Shown here piece by piece: positions 1 to 7,972 of a stretch of 64,000 bases of DNA; position 1 is the first letter of the stretch; the number at the start of each line of letters is the position of its first letter. This stretch comes from an uncultured Anaerolineales bacterium (GTDB lineage: Bacteria > Chloroflexota > Anaerolineae > CAZYHC01). The translations under genes and the position numbers were made by a program. Below the pieces are notes generated by a model. It ran no database searches. It worked only from the letters and a program-made list of their open reading frames with translations, and was not told the origin of the DNA. The stretch spans positions 48,958-112,957 of the forward strand of contig CAZYHC010000009.1 of assembly GCA_964646625.1 (NCBI GenBank), in the 5' to 3' direction.

Positions 1-1109
1 CACTTGAAATCCAGCGGTTTCGTGTTTTCCGACATCTGAAAATTCCCCGCCTGGGCCGGGTCAATCTTATCACGGGAAAAAACAACGTGGGTAAGTCGTG
101 TCTCCTGGAAGCCCTATGGCTCTATGCGCGCCGCGGTTCGCCTTCTCTGATCTGGCATCTCCTGGAGGCGCGGGATGAAGGCAGTTATCCCACCGCTCTC
201 ACCGGTGTCGGTGTCTGGCTCCTTGAAGAACGAGCTTCGGCTATAAAGCATCTTTTCTATGGGCGTAAGGATATCCGAGAGTACTTTACCGACGAGCTTG
301 CCAGTATAGAGATTGGCCCTCTTAATTCCCAGGCTGACTCGCTCTCTATTGGTGTTGGTTGGGGTGTGCCGCCAGTTGGTAAGGATGGCCAAGAAAGGTT
401 TCGTTTCCTAGAGCCTGAAGAGTACAAAACTACTTTGAAGCCTTTGGTCATGCTCTTTGCGGTTCAGTTTGGAGAACATAAGTGGATTATTCCCGGCCTT
501 GGCTGGCGGGATGCGCGATCATCAGAGCTAAAGGAAATCTCCTGCGTTTTTGTACCAGCGAATGGATTGGAAGCACTGCAAATCGGCCAATTCTGGGATA
601 CTGTGACCCTGACGGATCTGGAGGAGGATGTGCTGACTTCTTTGCGCATCATTGCACCAGAAGTTGAGCGCGTGGGTCTTGTAGGAGAACCGGAACCGAA
701 GACTAGACGTGAACGAATCCCCGTTGTAAGGATCGCAGAGTTCGACGATCCTATACCTCTCCGCAGCATTGGGGAAGGCATGACCCGCCTGTTCGGAATT
801 GCCCTGGCCCTGGTAAATGCCAAAGATGGGATGTTACTGATTGACGAGGTTGATAGCGGTTTACATTACTCTGTGCAGCCGGACTTGTGGCGGCTGATCT
901 TCCAGGTGGCGCGGCGGCTCAACGTGCAGGTCTTTGCCACCACGCACAGTTGGGATTGTATTGAAGGGTTCCAGAAAGCTGCTGTAGAAGACGAACAGGA
1001 AGAGGGTTTACTCATCCGTCTGGACGAGATAGAGGGGGAGATAGTTCCCACCCTGTTTGATGAGCGCAGGCTGGGCGTCGCTACCCGCAGGCAGATTGAG
1101 GTGCGCTAA
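1..1109 (+). CDS. ABC/SMC-type AAA ATPase (AAA_21-like), 5' end off window
   Basis: The frame of ORF 87..1109 stays open back to nt 3. It reads LEIQRFRVF...LITGKNNVGKS (Walker A) upstream of the tracked Met. Walker B LLIDEVDSGLH and an ATTHS H-loop follow later. Confidence 0.8.
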   Translation, partial: LEIQRFRVFRHLKIPRLGRVNLITGKNNVGKSCLLEALWLYARRGSPSLIWHLLEARDEGSYPTALTGVGVWLLEERASAIKHLFYGRKDIREYFTDELASIEIGPLNSQADSLSIGVGWGVPPVGKDGQERFRFLEPEEYKTTLKPLVMLFAVQFGEHKWIIPGLGWRDARSSELKEISCVFVPANGLEALQIGQFWDTVTLTDLEEDVLTSLRIIAPEVERVGLVGEPEPKTRRERIPVVRIAEFDDPIPLRSIGEGMTRLFGIALALVNAKDGMLLIDEVDSGLHYSVQPDLWRLIFQVARRLNVQVFATTHSWDCIEGFQKAAVEDEQEEGLLIRLDEIEGEIVPTLFDERRLGVATRRQIEVR

Positions 1110-1111
1110 TC

Positions 1112-1726
1112 GTGGCCGACAGATACGTGCTGCTGGTAGAAGGCAAAGATGACGAGCATGTATTCTATAGTCTGTTGAAGCACCACCAGGTTCCCAAAAT
1201 GTTCAAAATCAAGAACATGGAAGGAGTTGACAAGCTCCCGGACATAATTGACGCCGAACTATTTGCCAGTGGCTTAGAGCGGCTGGGCATCGTCGTGGAT
1301 GCCAATACCGATCTGGCGGCTCGCTGGCAATCTCTGCGGGGCATCTTGAGCAAGCTTGGCTACGACGTGCCCACGACTCCAGCCCCCGACGGCACGATCA
1401 TTCAGCAGCCTGGGCAACCCGGGGTCGGCGTCTGGATTATGCCCGACAACGGACTTTCCGGCATGTTGGAGGATTTTGTGGCCTTCCTGGTGCCGCCAGA
1501 TGATCCCCTTTGGGATCCCGCTGGAGACTGCGTGCAGCAGATTCCGGCGCAGTATCGGTGTTTTCCGGTGGAACACCAACCAAAGGCCCACCTTCACACC
1601 TGGCTGGCCTGGCAGGAAGAGCCAGGGACGCCGATGGGCCTGGCGATCACCAAGCGTTACCTGGATGCCGATGCGCCCCATGCCCGGCAGTTGATGGACT
1701 GGATTCGCCGGTTTTTTGATATCTAA
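1112..1726 (+). CDS. Toprim-like small protein (DUF3226/DUF4435-like)
   Basis: GTG start 2 nt after the ATPase stop. The N-terminus reads VLLVEGKDDEHVF (Toprim-type E-G..DD), followed by a second acidic patch GIVVDANTD. The family name is from memory of the motif. Confidence 0.5.
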   Translation: MADRYVLLVEGKDDEHVFYSLLKHHQVPKMFKIKNMEGVDKLPDIIDAELFASGLERLGIVVDANTDLAARWQSLRGILSKLGYDVPTTPAPDGTIIQQPGQPGVGVWIMPDNGLSGMLEDFVAFLVPPDDPLWDPAGDCVQQIPAQYRCFPVEHQPKAHLHTWLAWQEEPGTPMGLAITKRYLDADAPHARQLMDWIRRFFDI

Positions 1727-1745
1727 GCCTGCTACAGTGAGCATG

Positions 1746-1823
1746 TTTCTTAGCCGCAGAGAACACAGAGCTTATGGAGGGAAAAACCTCTTTCTCTGTG
1801 TCCTCCGTGCCCTCTGTGGCTTG
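1746..1823. repeat. REP-like palindromic element, family A (full copy)
   Basis: Arms TTAGCCGCAGAGAACACAGAG and CTCTGTG..CCCTCTGTGGCTTG are inverted. The left half matches the reverse complement of 14074-14124 at about 40/51 nt. Confidence 0.7.
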
Positions 1824-1842
1824 ATTTGAGAATCCGATAGTA

Positions 1843-1900
1843 AGCCCTGGCACTCAACACTCGCCCTTGTTGGACGACCAAAGTTGTCAGGGCTTTTTGT
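1843..1900 (+). terminator. Putative intrinsic terminator after the ATPase/Toprim pair
   Basis: 10-bp stem (1843-1852 with 1885-1894, one G-U) and an inner 6-bp helix, followed by TTTTTGT. Confidence 0.45.
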
Positions 1901-1997
1901 GTCATAATAACAGTGTAGTAACGACTTCAGTCGTGTTTAGCCCGATAATAGGTGCAACCAGCGACTTCAAAATGGAGGCGCTCGCCAGCCCGCACCC

Positions 1998-2028
1998 TAA
2001 TTTCCCCAGGGAAAGATACGCTACCCCC
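1998..2028 (+). promoter_or_regulatory. Conserved 31-nt upstream element, copy 1 (TTTCCC-N2-GGGAAA inverted repeat)
   Basis: TAATTTCCCCAGGGAAAGATACGCTACCCCC matches 16061-16091 at 28/31 nt. It lies 21 nt upstream of the -35 box. Confidence 0.6.
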
Positions 2029-2049
2029 TGAATTTCACGCCAAAAAGGC

Positions 2050-2078
2050 TTGACAAAAACGAGTTCATATGGTATAAT
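2050..2078 (+). promoter_or_regulatory. Sigma-70 consensus promoter of the GntR operon
   Basis: TTGACA (2050-2055), a 17-nt spacer, then TATAAT (2073-2078). The palindrome TTCATGAA overlaps the end of the -10 box. Confidence 0.65.
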
Positions 2079-2154
2079 TCATGAAGAATGAAAAACCGAG
2101 GTGGTCAGAACCTGGGCCCCAGTCTCATCAAGTGGCCCGACAGGGTTTAATGTA

Positions 2155-2868
2155 ATGAACAAACCGAAGCTGTCCAGCGTGAACAAACCGTACCAGACGA
2201 AACAAGAGTGGGTTTACTCCACCTTGAAAGAGGCCATCCTGAGCTGTGCCTTAGCGCCCGGGGCGCGGCTCAGGATGGACGGTCTCGCCGAACAACTGAA
2301 GGTGAGCCGGGTGCCGGTCCGGGAGGCCCTGCTCCAATTGCAAGTTGAGGGCCTGGTGGACATAACGCCCCACGCGGGGGCTGTGGTTTCCCCTATCTCT
2401 CTGGACTCGATCCACGAGCTGTTCGTGATCCTTGAGGAACTGGAGGTTCTGGCCGGGAGAGTGGTCGCCGAGCGAGCCTCTGCGGAAGAGCTGAAAGGTT
2501 TGGAAGATATACTGACAGGTATGGAGGAAGCGATCGCCGCAGGAGACGTGGAGAGGTGGTCGGAACTTAATACCGAGTTCCATAGAGAGATCAGCCGCCT
2601 GAGCGGTATGCCTTTTCTCCAGCAGATCACCGAGAAAGCCCTGGAGAAGTGGGACCGTATGCGTCGTTACTTCCTGACGGAGGTACTGCATAAACGCACC
2701 GCCCAGGCCCAGGAAGAACACCGCCAAATCTATGCGGCCCTGCAAGGGGGCGAGATAGCGGCTGTCAAGCAGAACATACGAACCCACAACAGGAACGCCC
2801 TGAAAGCCTACCTCGCTTATCTATCCGAGGAAGATCGCTCACGTCCTCAGGGCCGCGATCATACATAA
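2155..2868 (+). CDS. GntR family transcriptional regulator (FadR/FCD type)
   Basis: Winged HTH LAEQLKVSRVPVREALLQLQVEGLV plus a helical FCD-like C-terminal domain. The start is uncertain: ATG 2155 is preferred over GTG 2101, which abuts the predicted TSS. Confidence 0.85.
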   Translation: MNKPKLSSVNKPYQTKQEWVYSTLKEAILSCALAPGARLRMDGLAEQLKVSRVPVREALLQLQVEGLVDITPHAGAVVSPISLDSIHELFVILEELEVLAGRVVAERASAEELKGLEDILTGMEEAIAAGDVERWSELNTEFHREISRLSGMPFLQQITEKALEKWDRMRRYFLTEVLHKRTAQAQEEHRQIYAALQGGEIAAVKQNIRTHNRNALKAYLAYLSEEDRSRPQGRDHT

Positions 2869-3218
2869 TAGCGGCGCATCTTAGAGCAACGCAGAAGTCC
2901 GCCACTTTTGGGAAAAGTCTAAACAGGAACAGGAGCTCATTCACCTGCCACGGTTCTGTGAGCCCCTGTTCCCAGTGTAGCTCAGGGACACTGGATTGGT
3001 CCACTGCCCCTCAGCCTGCCCCCATTATGCCACAAACAGGCCGGAAGCGCAAACCGAGACCAAGATGACTCGTGCCCCTGACGCCAGGGAGGAGGTGAAG
3101 CAAGAAAAATAGTAGTGAATCTGGCAAGGTGACGATGTCCGCTGGGGGCTTCGCGTCCCCGCGGCGCAGCTAGCGGATTAAAATAATTTATGAGCAGATC
3201 AACTGAAGGAGGAAGAAA

Positions 3219-4580
3219 ATGTCTGCAAAGGAGAGACAAAAGTTAACCCGCCGGGACTTTCTTAAGGTCGCAGGCGGAGTGGCGGGCGGCGCGTTGCTGG
3301 CCGCCCGGTATCCGATGGTGACGGCGGCCCAAGAGGCGGCGACGTTGAAGCTCTGGGTTACCGACCGCCGCACCATCAACAACATGACCAGGAACTTCAT
3401 GATGCCGGAGTTCATGGGCCGCCATCCGCACATCACGGTCGAATGTGAGTTCTTGCCCGAACAGGAGCTGATGACCAAGCTCAACACCACCGCTATGGCC
3501 GGCACCCCCCCTGACATCGCCAGCATAGACGAGCAATCGATGCACATCCTCATCACCCAGGAACTTTTGCAGCCCATCCCCGACGATCTGATCGACGTCC
3601 CGCAGGAGATGGGCGCCCGGATAGGCGACTGGTACAAGCTGCCCGTCGGCGACCCCAACGGGAAGTACTACGTTCTGCCCAATGGAACGATGACCAGCGG
3701 CATCTACTACAACGAGGAACTCCTCGAGCAGAATGGCTACACCTGGGAGGACATCCCCAATAAGTGGGAGGACTTCATCAAGTGGGCTCAGGAGCTAACC
3801 ATCTGGGAGGGCGACGAGGTCAAGCAAACAGGCTTTGCCTTCAACAAGCAGGAGTACGCCGTGCAGCAGAGCGCCATGTACCAGCAGGGCGGCTTCTTCT
3901 TCAAGAACGGCCAGGAAGTGGCTATCAGGGATGAGGTGGTCCTGGACAGCTACCAGTTCATGCTGGACTTCTACGACAAATACAAACTGGACAGCCGCAC
4001 CAGCCCGCTGTGCCGCGATCTCTTTACCCTGGGCCAGGCGGTGACCTGCTGCTCGTGGACGTGGTGGAACGGGTTCCTTATAGACCAGTTCCCCCAACTC
4101 AAGTGGGGCACGGTGCCCTGGCCGACCTTCACAGGGGAGCCCCCCTACACCCGCGCCTCTGACGACGTGGGCTTCGTGGTAACTACCCAGTCCGAGGACG
4201 CCAACCACCTCGACGCCGTCTGGAAATTGTGGCGCTTCCTGGTGGGGACTGACTACCAGCGGCAGTATTGCGTGCTCCGCGGCGTTCAGCCCGCGCTCCT
4301 CCCTTTGCGGGGAGAGGAGATGTTCACCGAAAAGAATCCCCAATGGCGGGCGGTAGCCCTCACCATGCAGCCGGGCAACTACGTCACCGACGGCGTCTTT
4401 GCCCAGGAGTTGGACGACATGATCAAGGCCTCCTATAGCGCCGTTCTCGAAGGAAAGCCCATCAAAGAGGCGATAGAGGAGGTCGCCGCGCAGATGGAGC
4501 AGGTTATGCCCACCATCGAGCAACCGCTGCTCTGGGGTAAGGAGGGCTGGGAAGCCCATCCCGAGTGGAGACAGATGTAG
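3219..4580 (+). CDS. ABC sugar transporter substrate-binding protein (CUT1), Tat signal
   Basis: RRDFLKVAGGVAGGALLAA twin-arginine leader, family-1 SBP length, strong GAAGGAGG RBS. Confidence 0.85.
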   Translation: MSAKERQKLTRRDFLKVAGGVAGGALLAARYPMVTAAQEAATLKLWVTDRRTINNMTRNFMMPEFMGRHPHITVECEFLPEQELMTKLNTTAMAGTPPDIASIDEQSMHILITQELLQPIPDDLIDVPQEMGARIGDWYKLPVGDPNGKYYVLPNGTMTSGIYYNEELLEQNGYTWEDIPNKWEDFIKWAQELTIWEGDEVKQTGFAFNKQEYAVQQSAMYQQGGFFFKNGQEVAIRDEVVLDSYQFMLDFYDKYKLDSRTSPLCRDLFTLGQAVTCCSWTWWNGFLIDQFPQLKWGTVPWPTFTGEPPYTRASDDVGFVVTTQSEDANHLDAVWKLWRFLVGTDYQRQYCVLRGVQPALLPLRGEEMFTEKNPQWRAVALTMQPGNYVTDGVFAQELDDMIKASYSAVLEGKPIKEAIEEVAAQMEQVMPTIEQPLLWGKEGWEAHPEWRQM

Positions 4581-4585
4581 CACTA

Positions 4586-4624
4586 CAGGGTGGGGTGGTG
4601 CCGCACAGACACCGCCCCACCCTG
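4586..4624 (+). promoter_or_regulatory. Intercistronic 15-bp stem-loop directly after the SBP gene
   Basis: CAGGGTGGGGTGGTG pairs with CACCGCCCCACCCTG (one G-U) around a 9-nt loop. There is no U-tract. Confidence 0.6.
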
Positions 4625-4693
4625 CATTGTGAAGCCTGGTTGAAGTTGCGTAATCCTGGTGGCGCGTGATGCCGACCGCGAAAGGAGCCTGAC

Positions 4694-5605
4694 ATGCAGG
4701 ACCAGAGCTTTTTCCCCAAGGACAAGACCGCAATGGTGGTGTTGCTCATGGCTGCCGTCTTTTTTACCCTGGTGAGATTGTACCCGATCGCTGACGTGCT
4801 GGTTCTAAGCCTTCAGCACAAGGTCGGTGCCCAGCAATACTGGGTGGGTCTGGAGAATTTCCGCACCCTCTTCAAAGATTCGATATTTCTCAAATCCGTC
4901 TGGAACTCTTTTCGCTACACGGCGATGGCCGTGCCCAGCGTCATAGTGGTGGGTTTGACCCTGGCCCTGCTGGTGAACGGCGTCAGGAACACCCTCTGGC
5001 GCGGCGCTTTCACCACCTCCTTCTTTCTGGCCTACGTGGTGCCTTTGGTGGCGGTAGCCGTGATGTGGCGCTACATGTACCTGCCCGGGCGCATGGGGCT
5101 TTTCAACGCCATCCTCGGCATCGTCGGCCTGGGCCCCATCAGGTGGCTGGACAGCCCCAAGACCGCCTTGCTGTCGCTGGCTATCGTAAGAGTCTGGAAA
5201 TACTCCGGCTACGCCATGGTGCTCTTTCTGGCAGGCTTGCAGGCCATTCCAGAAACTTTTTACGAAGCAGCCCTGATCGATGGCGCCAGTTGGTGGCAGA
5301 GGTTCCGGCACATCACCCTGCCTCTCCTGACCCCGACCACCCTTTTCGTTACGATGGTCAGCATCCTCAGCGCCTTCATGATGTTCACCGAGGTCTACGT
5401 TATGACCGGCGGGATGGTGACGGCGGCCGAGGTGCGCGGCGGCCCCCAATACTCCACCACCACCATGGTCTTCAACATCTATTCTACCGCCTTCGAACAT
5501 TTCAAGATGGGGTACGCCAGCGCCATGACCGTCATCCTGCTGATTATCATGGTGATCGTGAGTGTCATTCAGTTCAGGTACTTGCGTCCCACCTGGGAGT
5601 ACTAA
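4694..5605 (+). CDS. ABC sugar transporter permease (MalF/UgpA-like)
   Basis: Six hydrophobic segments and the EAA-type loop EAALIDGASWWQRFRHITLP. Confidence 0.9.
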   Translation: MQDQSFFPKDKTAMVVLLMAAVFFTLVRLYPIADVLVLSLQHKVGAQQYWVGLENFRTLFKDSIFLKSVWNSFRYTAMAVPSVIVVGLTLALLVNGVRNTLWRGAFTTSFFLAYVVPLVAVAVMWRYMYLPGRMGLFNAILGIVGLGPIRWLDSPKTALLSLAIVRVWKYSGYAMVLFLAGLQAIPETFYEAALIDGASWWQRFRHITLPLLTPTTLFVTMVSILSAFMMFTEVYVMTGGMVTAAEVRGGPQYSTTTMVFNIYSTAFEHFKMGYASAMTVILLIIMVIVSVIQFRYLRPTWEY

Positions 5606-5616
5606 AGGGAGCTACC

Positions 5617-6008
5617 TTGATCAACATTGGCGTCATCGGCTTTGGCCGCATGGGCCAGTTCATGGCCGGGTTGTTCAATCAAATAGAAGGAGTGAGCGTG
5701 GCCGGCGTGGCCGAAATCGCGGCGGCCAACATCCGGGCCGCCGAAGCTCACGGCCTTCCCGTGTACACCGACTACCGCGCCCTGCTCGACCAACCCCTGG
5801 CAGGGGTGTACGTCGCCACGCCCAACGCGCGGCACAAGGAGAACGTGCCAGCGAGCACGGCGCCGAGCAGGCCGTGGCCCGGCACTTTGTGGCCGTGGTG
5901 CGGGGCCAGGAGCAGCCCCGAGTGGGCCTGCCAGCGGGGCGATACGCCTTGAAAGTGGTGCTGGCCCTGCTTGAGTCGGCGGAAACGGGAGCGGCGGTCA
6001 AACTCTAA
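5617..6008 (+). pseudogene. Internally deleted Gfo/Idh/MocA oxidoreductase remnant
   Basis: Frame 1 reads LINIGVIGFGRMGQ...VYVATPNARHKEN (Rossmann N-terminus). Homology then stops. Another frame ends ...HFVAVVRGQEQPRVGLPAGRYALKVVLALLESAETGAAVKL (family C-terminus). Confidence 0.7.
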
Positions 6009-6037
6009 ATCTCTCAGAGATCTGAGGAGGTGCCAGG

Positions 6038-6958
6038 ATGAAAGATCCAAAACTTATGGCAGGACGTGCCGGAAAAGATTCGACCTGGACGGAGGCTCTG
6101 CCCAACCGCATGGGGGTCAGGGCGCAGAGAAGAATGGAGAGGCTCCTTCTCTACCTGGTATTGATCGTGGTGGGGGCGATCTTTTTTCTCCCCTTTTACT
6201 GGGTGATCACGGCCTCGATCAAAACCAGCGCCGAGTTAAATCGCATGCCACCTACCTGGTGGCCCCACACCTTTACTCTGGAGCACTATCCCCAGGCCCT
6301 CACCCTGGAGTTCGGCCGCTACTTCCTGAACTCGTTCATTTACGCCATCGCCACCACGATCATCGTGGCCGTGACCAGCACTCTGCTGGGCTTTATCTTA
6401 ACCAAATTCCCCTCCAGGTTCGGAGAAATCTTCTTCTTAGCCATCATCGCCAGCATGGCCGTGCCTTTCGATTTATACGTGGTGCCTCTCTTCATGTTGC
6501 TTCTCCGCATTCAGAAAGCCACCGCCTTTCCCATGTTGAACACCTACTGGGGGATGGTTTTCCCCTGGCTGGTCTACCCCTTCGGCACGTTTCTGATGCG
6601 GCAGGCGATGCTCAGCGTCCCCAACGAGTTGCTCGATGCGGCCCGGATCGACGGCGCCTCCACCCTGCGCACTTTCTGGCAGATCGTGTTTCCTCTGGTC
6701 AGGCCCAACGTGGCCGCGCTGTCCATCTTCGTTTTCATCTGGCGCTACGACGAGATTTTGTGGCCGCTGGTGGTGGCTTTGGAAAGCAAAATGTACCCCG
6801 TCTCGGTGGGCCTGGTGGAGTACATCGGGGAATACTTCATCGAATACGGACAGTTCACAGCCGCCTCGGTCATCTCCATCATCCCTGTCTTCGTGATATA
6901 CATCCTGCTCCAGCGATACATCATCCAGGGCATCGCCATGACAGGCATGAAAGGATAA
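6038..6958 (+). CDS. ABC sugar transporter permease (MalG/UgpE-like)
   Basis: EAA loop DAARIDGASTLRTFWQIVFPL, six TM segments, GAGGAGG RBS. Confidence 0.9.
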   Translation: MKDPKLMAGRAGKDSTWTEALPNRMGVRAQRRMERLLLYLVLIVVGAIFFLPFYWVITASIKTSAELNRMPPTWWPHTFTLEHYPQALTLEFGRYFLNSFIYAIATTIIVAVTSTLLGFILTKFPSRFGEIFFLAIIASMAVPFDLYVVPLFMLLLRIQKATAFPMLNTYWGMVFPWLVYPFGTFLMRQAMLSVPNELLDAARIDGASTLRTFWQIVFPLVRPNVAALSIFVFIWRYDEILWPLVVALESKMYPVSVGLVEYIGEYFIEYGQFTAASVISIIPVFVIYILLQRYIIQGIAMTGMKG

Positions 6959-6967
6959 GCACGAACT

Positions 6968-7960
6968 ATGACCAGGAAGGTCAAGATCGGGCTGGTGGGC
7001 GTCGGCCCCGGCAGCATCGCCCAACGGGTGCACATCCCCAGCCTGAGAAGGATCCCGGAGGCCGATCTCGTGGCCGTAGCCAGCCGGTCGGGCACGGACG
7101 TCGGCCAGCCAGTCAGGATGTACACCGACTGGGCGGAGATGCTCGATAGCGAGCGGCTCGACCTGGTGTACGTGATGACGCCCACCGTCGCCCATCCGCC
7201 TGCGGTGCTGGCCGCCCTGGAGCGGGGCATCCACGTCGTGTGTGAGAAGCCCCCGGCCCTGACCGTGGCCGAGACCAGGGCCATGGTCGAAGCGGCCCAA
7301 GGGCGGGGATTCAACCTGCTTTTCTGCTTCAACCGTCGTTTCGCCCCCACCTACGTGCGATTGAAGCGGCTCGCCGACGAACGCGGCGGCCACACCCTGA
7401 TCCTGGCAAAGACCCGAGGCCAGACCGAGGAAATCACCCCGCAGACGATGGCGGCGGCGAACAAGCGTTGGGAGGAGCAGGCCGCCCGCGAGGGAGGGCC
7501 TATCTTCGAGTTCGTGCCTCACCTCTTCGACCTGGCGCTGTGGATCAATGGCCCGGTCTCGGCCCACACCTTTTCCGTTCGCCAGTTGTATGGAAGCTCG
7601 GTCAACCTCAGCGCCCTGGGCTGCCTGGAGCACGAGAACGGGGCGCGATCGGTGGTGGTGTACGAGGAGATTTCCGGGCGCGGCACCGAGCGGGTGACGC
7701 TCTACGGGCCTGCCCTCACTGCCGAAGCCACGGGAGGGATGTTCGCCCTCAACCAGTTGCGGGTGGACGACCGGGGCCAGGCAGTCGTGTACCCCAGCCC
7801 GGAGGACCGCCTGGAGTACAGCGGTTTCCTCCAGATGTCGCAGCACGTTGTCCGGTGTGTGGCCCAGGGCCGGGCAGTAGACTTCGATCCAGCGGAGGCC
7901 ATCGAAGCCGTGCGGCTGGCGTTGGCCTTCGACGCCCCCCAGCCCGAAAGATCAGATTAA
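6968..7960 (+). CDS. Gfo/Idh/MocA family oxidoreductase
   Basis: KIGLVGVGPGSIA Rossmann start and the HVVCEKP motif. Confidence 0.85.
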   Translation: MTRKVKIGLVGVGPGSIAQRVHIPSLRRIPEADLVAVASRSGTDVGQPVRMYTDWAEMLDSERLDLVYVMTPTVAHPPAVLAALERGIHVVCEKPPALTVAETRAMVEAAQGRGFNLLFCFNRRFAPTYVRLKRLADERGGHTLILAKTRGQTEEITPQTMAAANKRWEEQAAREGGPIFEFVPHLFDLALWINGPVSAHTFSVRQLYGSSVNLSALGCLEHENGARSVVVYEEISGRGTERVTLYGPALTAEATGGMFALNQLRVDDRGQAVVYPSPEDRLEYSGFLQMSQHVVRCVAQGRAVDFDPAEAIEAVRLALAFDAPQPERSD

Positions 7961-7972
7961 AGGAGCGAGATC

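Noticed and set aside
1961-1970. 10-mer GCGACTTCAA, also present inverted at 18551-18560, as a possible third repeat family.
   Set aside because: A single 10-mer match between two sites in 128 kb of two-strand sequence is within chance expectation. The only support is weak flanking similarity (ACGACTTCAGTCGT at 1921).
2968-3000. tRNA-like string GTGTAGCTCAGGGACACTGG in the GntR-SBP spacer.
   Set aside because: Only a D-arm-like motif is present. I could find no acceptor stem, anticodon arm or T-arm (GTTCGAATC-like), so it is not a tRNA.
6473-7846. Long antisense ORFs opposite well-supported genes. Examples: 6473..7846, 3795..4733, 9771..11216, 12894..14204, 14116..14943, 26103..27506, 28367..29839, 39353..40747, 51268..52134.
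   Set aside because: Their translations are Arg/Gly/Pro/His-rich and low in complexity, with no recognisable motifs. They mirror strongly supported genes on the other strand. This is the typical stop-codon-poor shadow frame of high-GC DNA.
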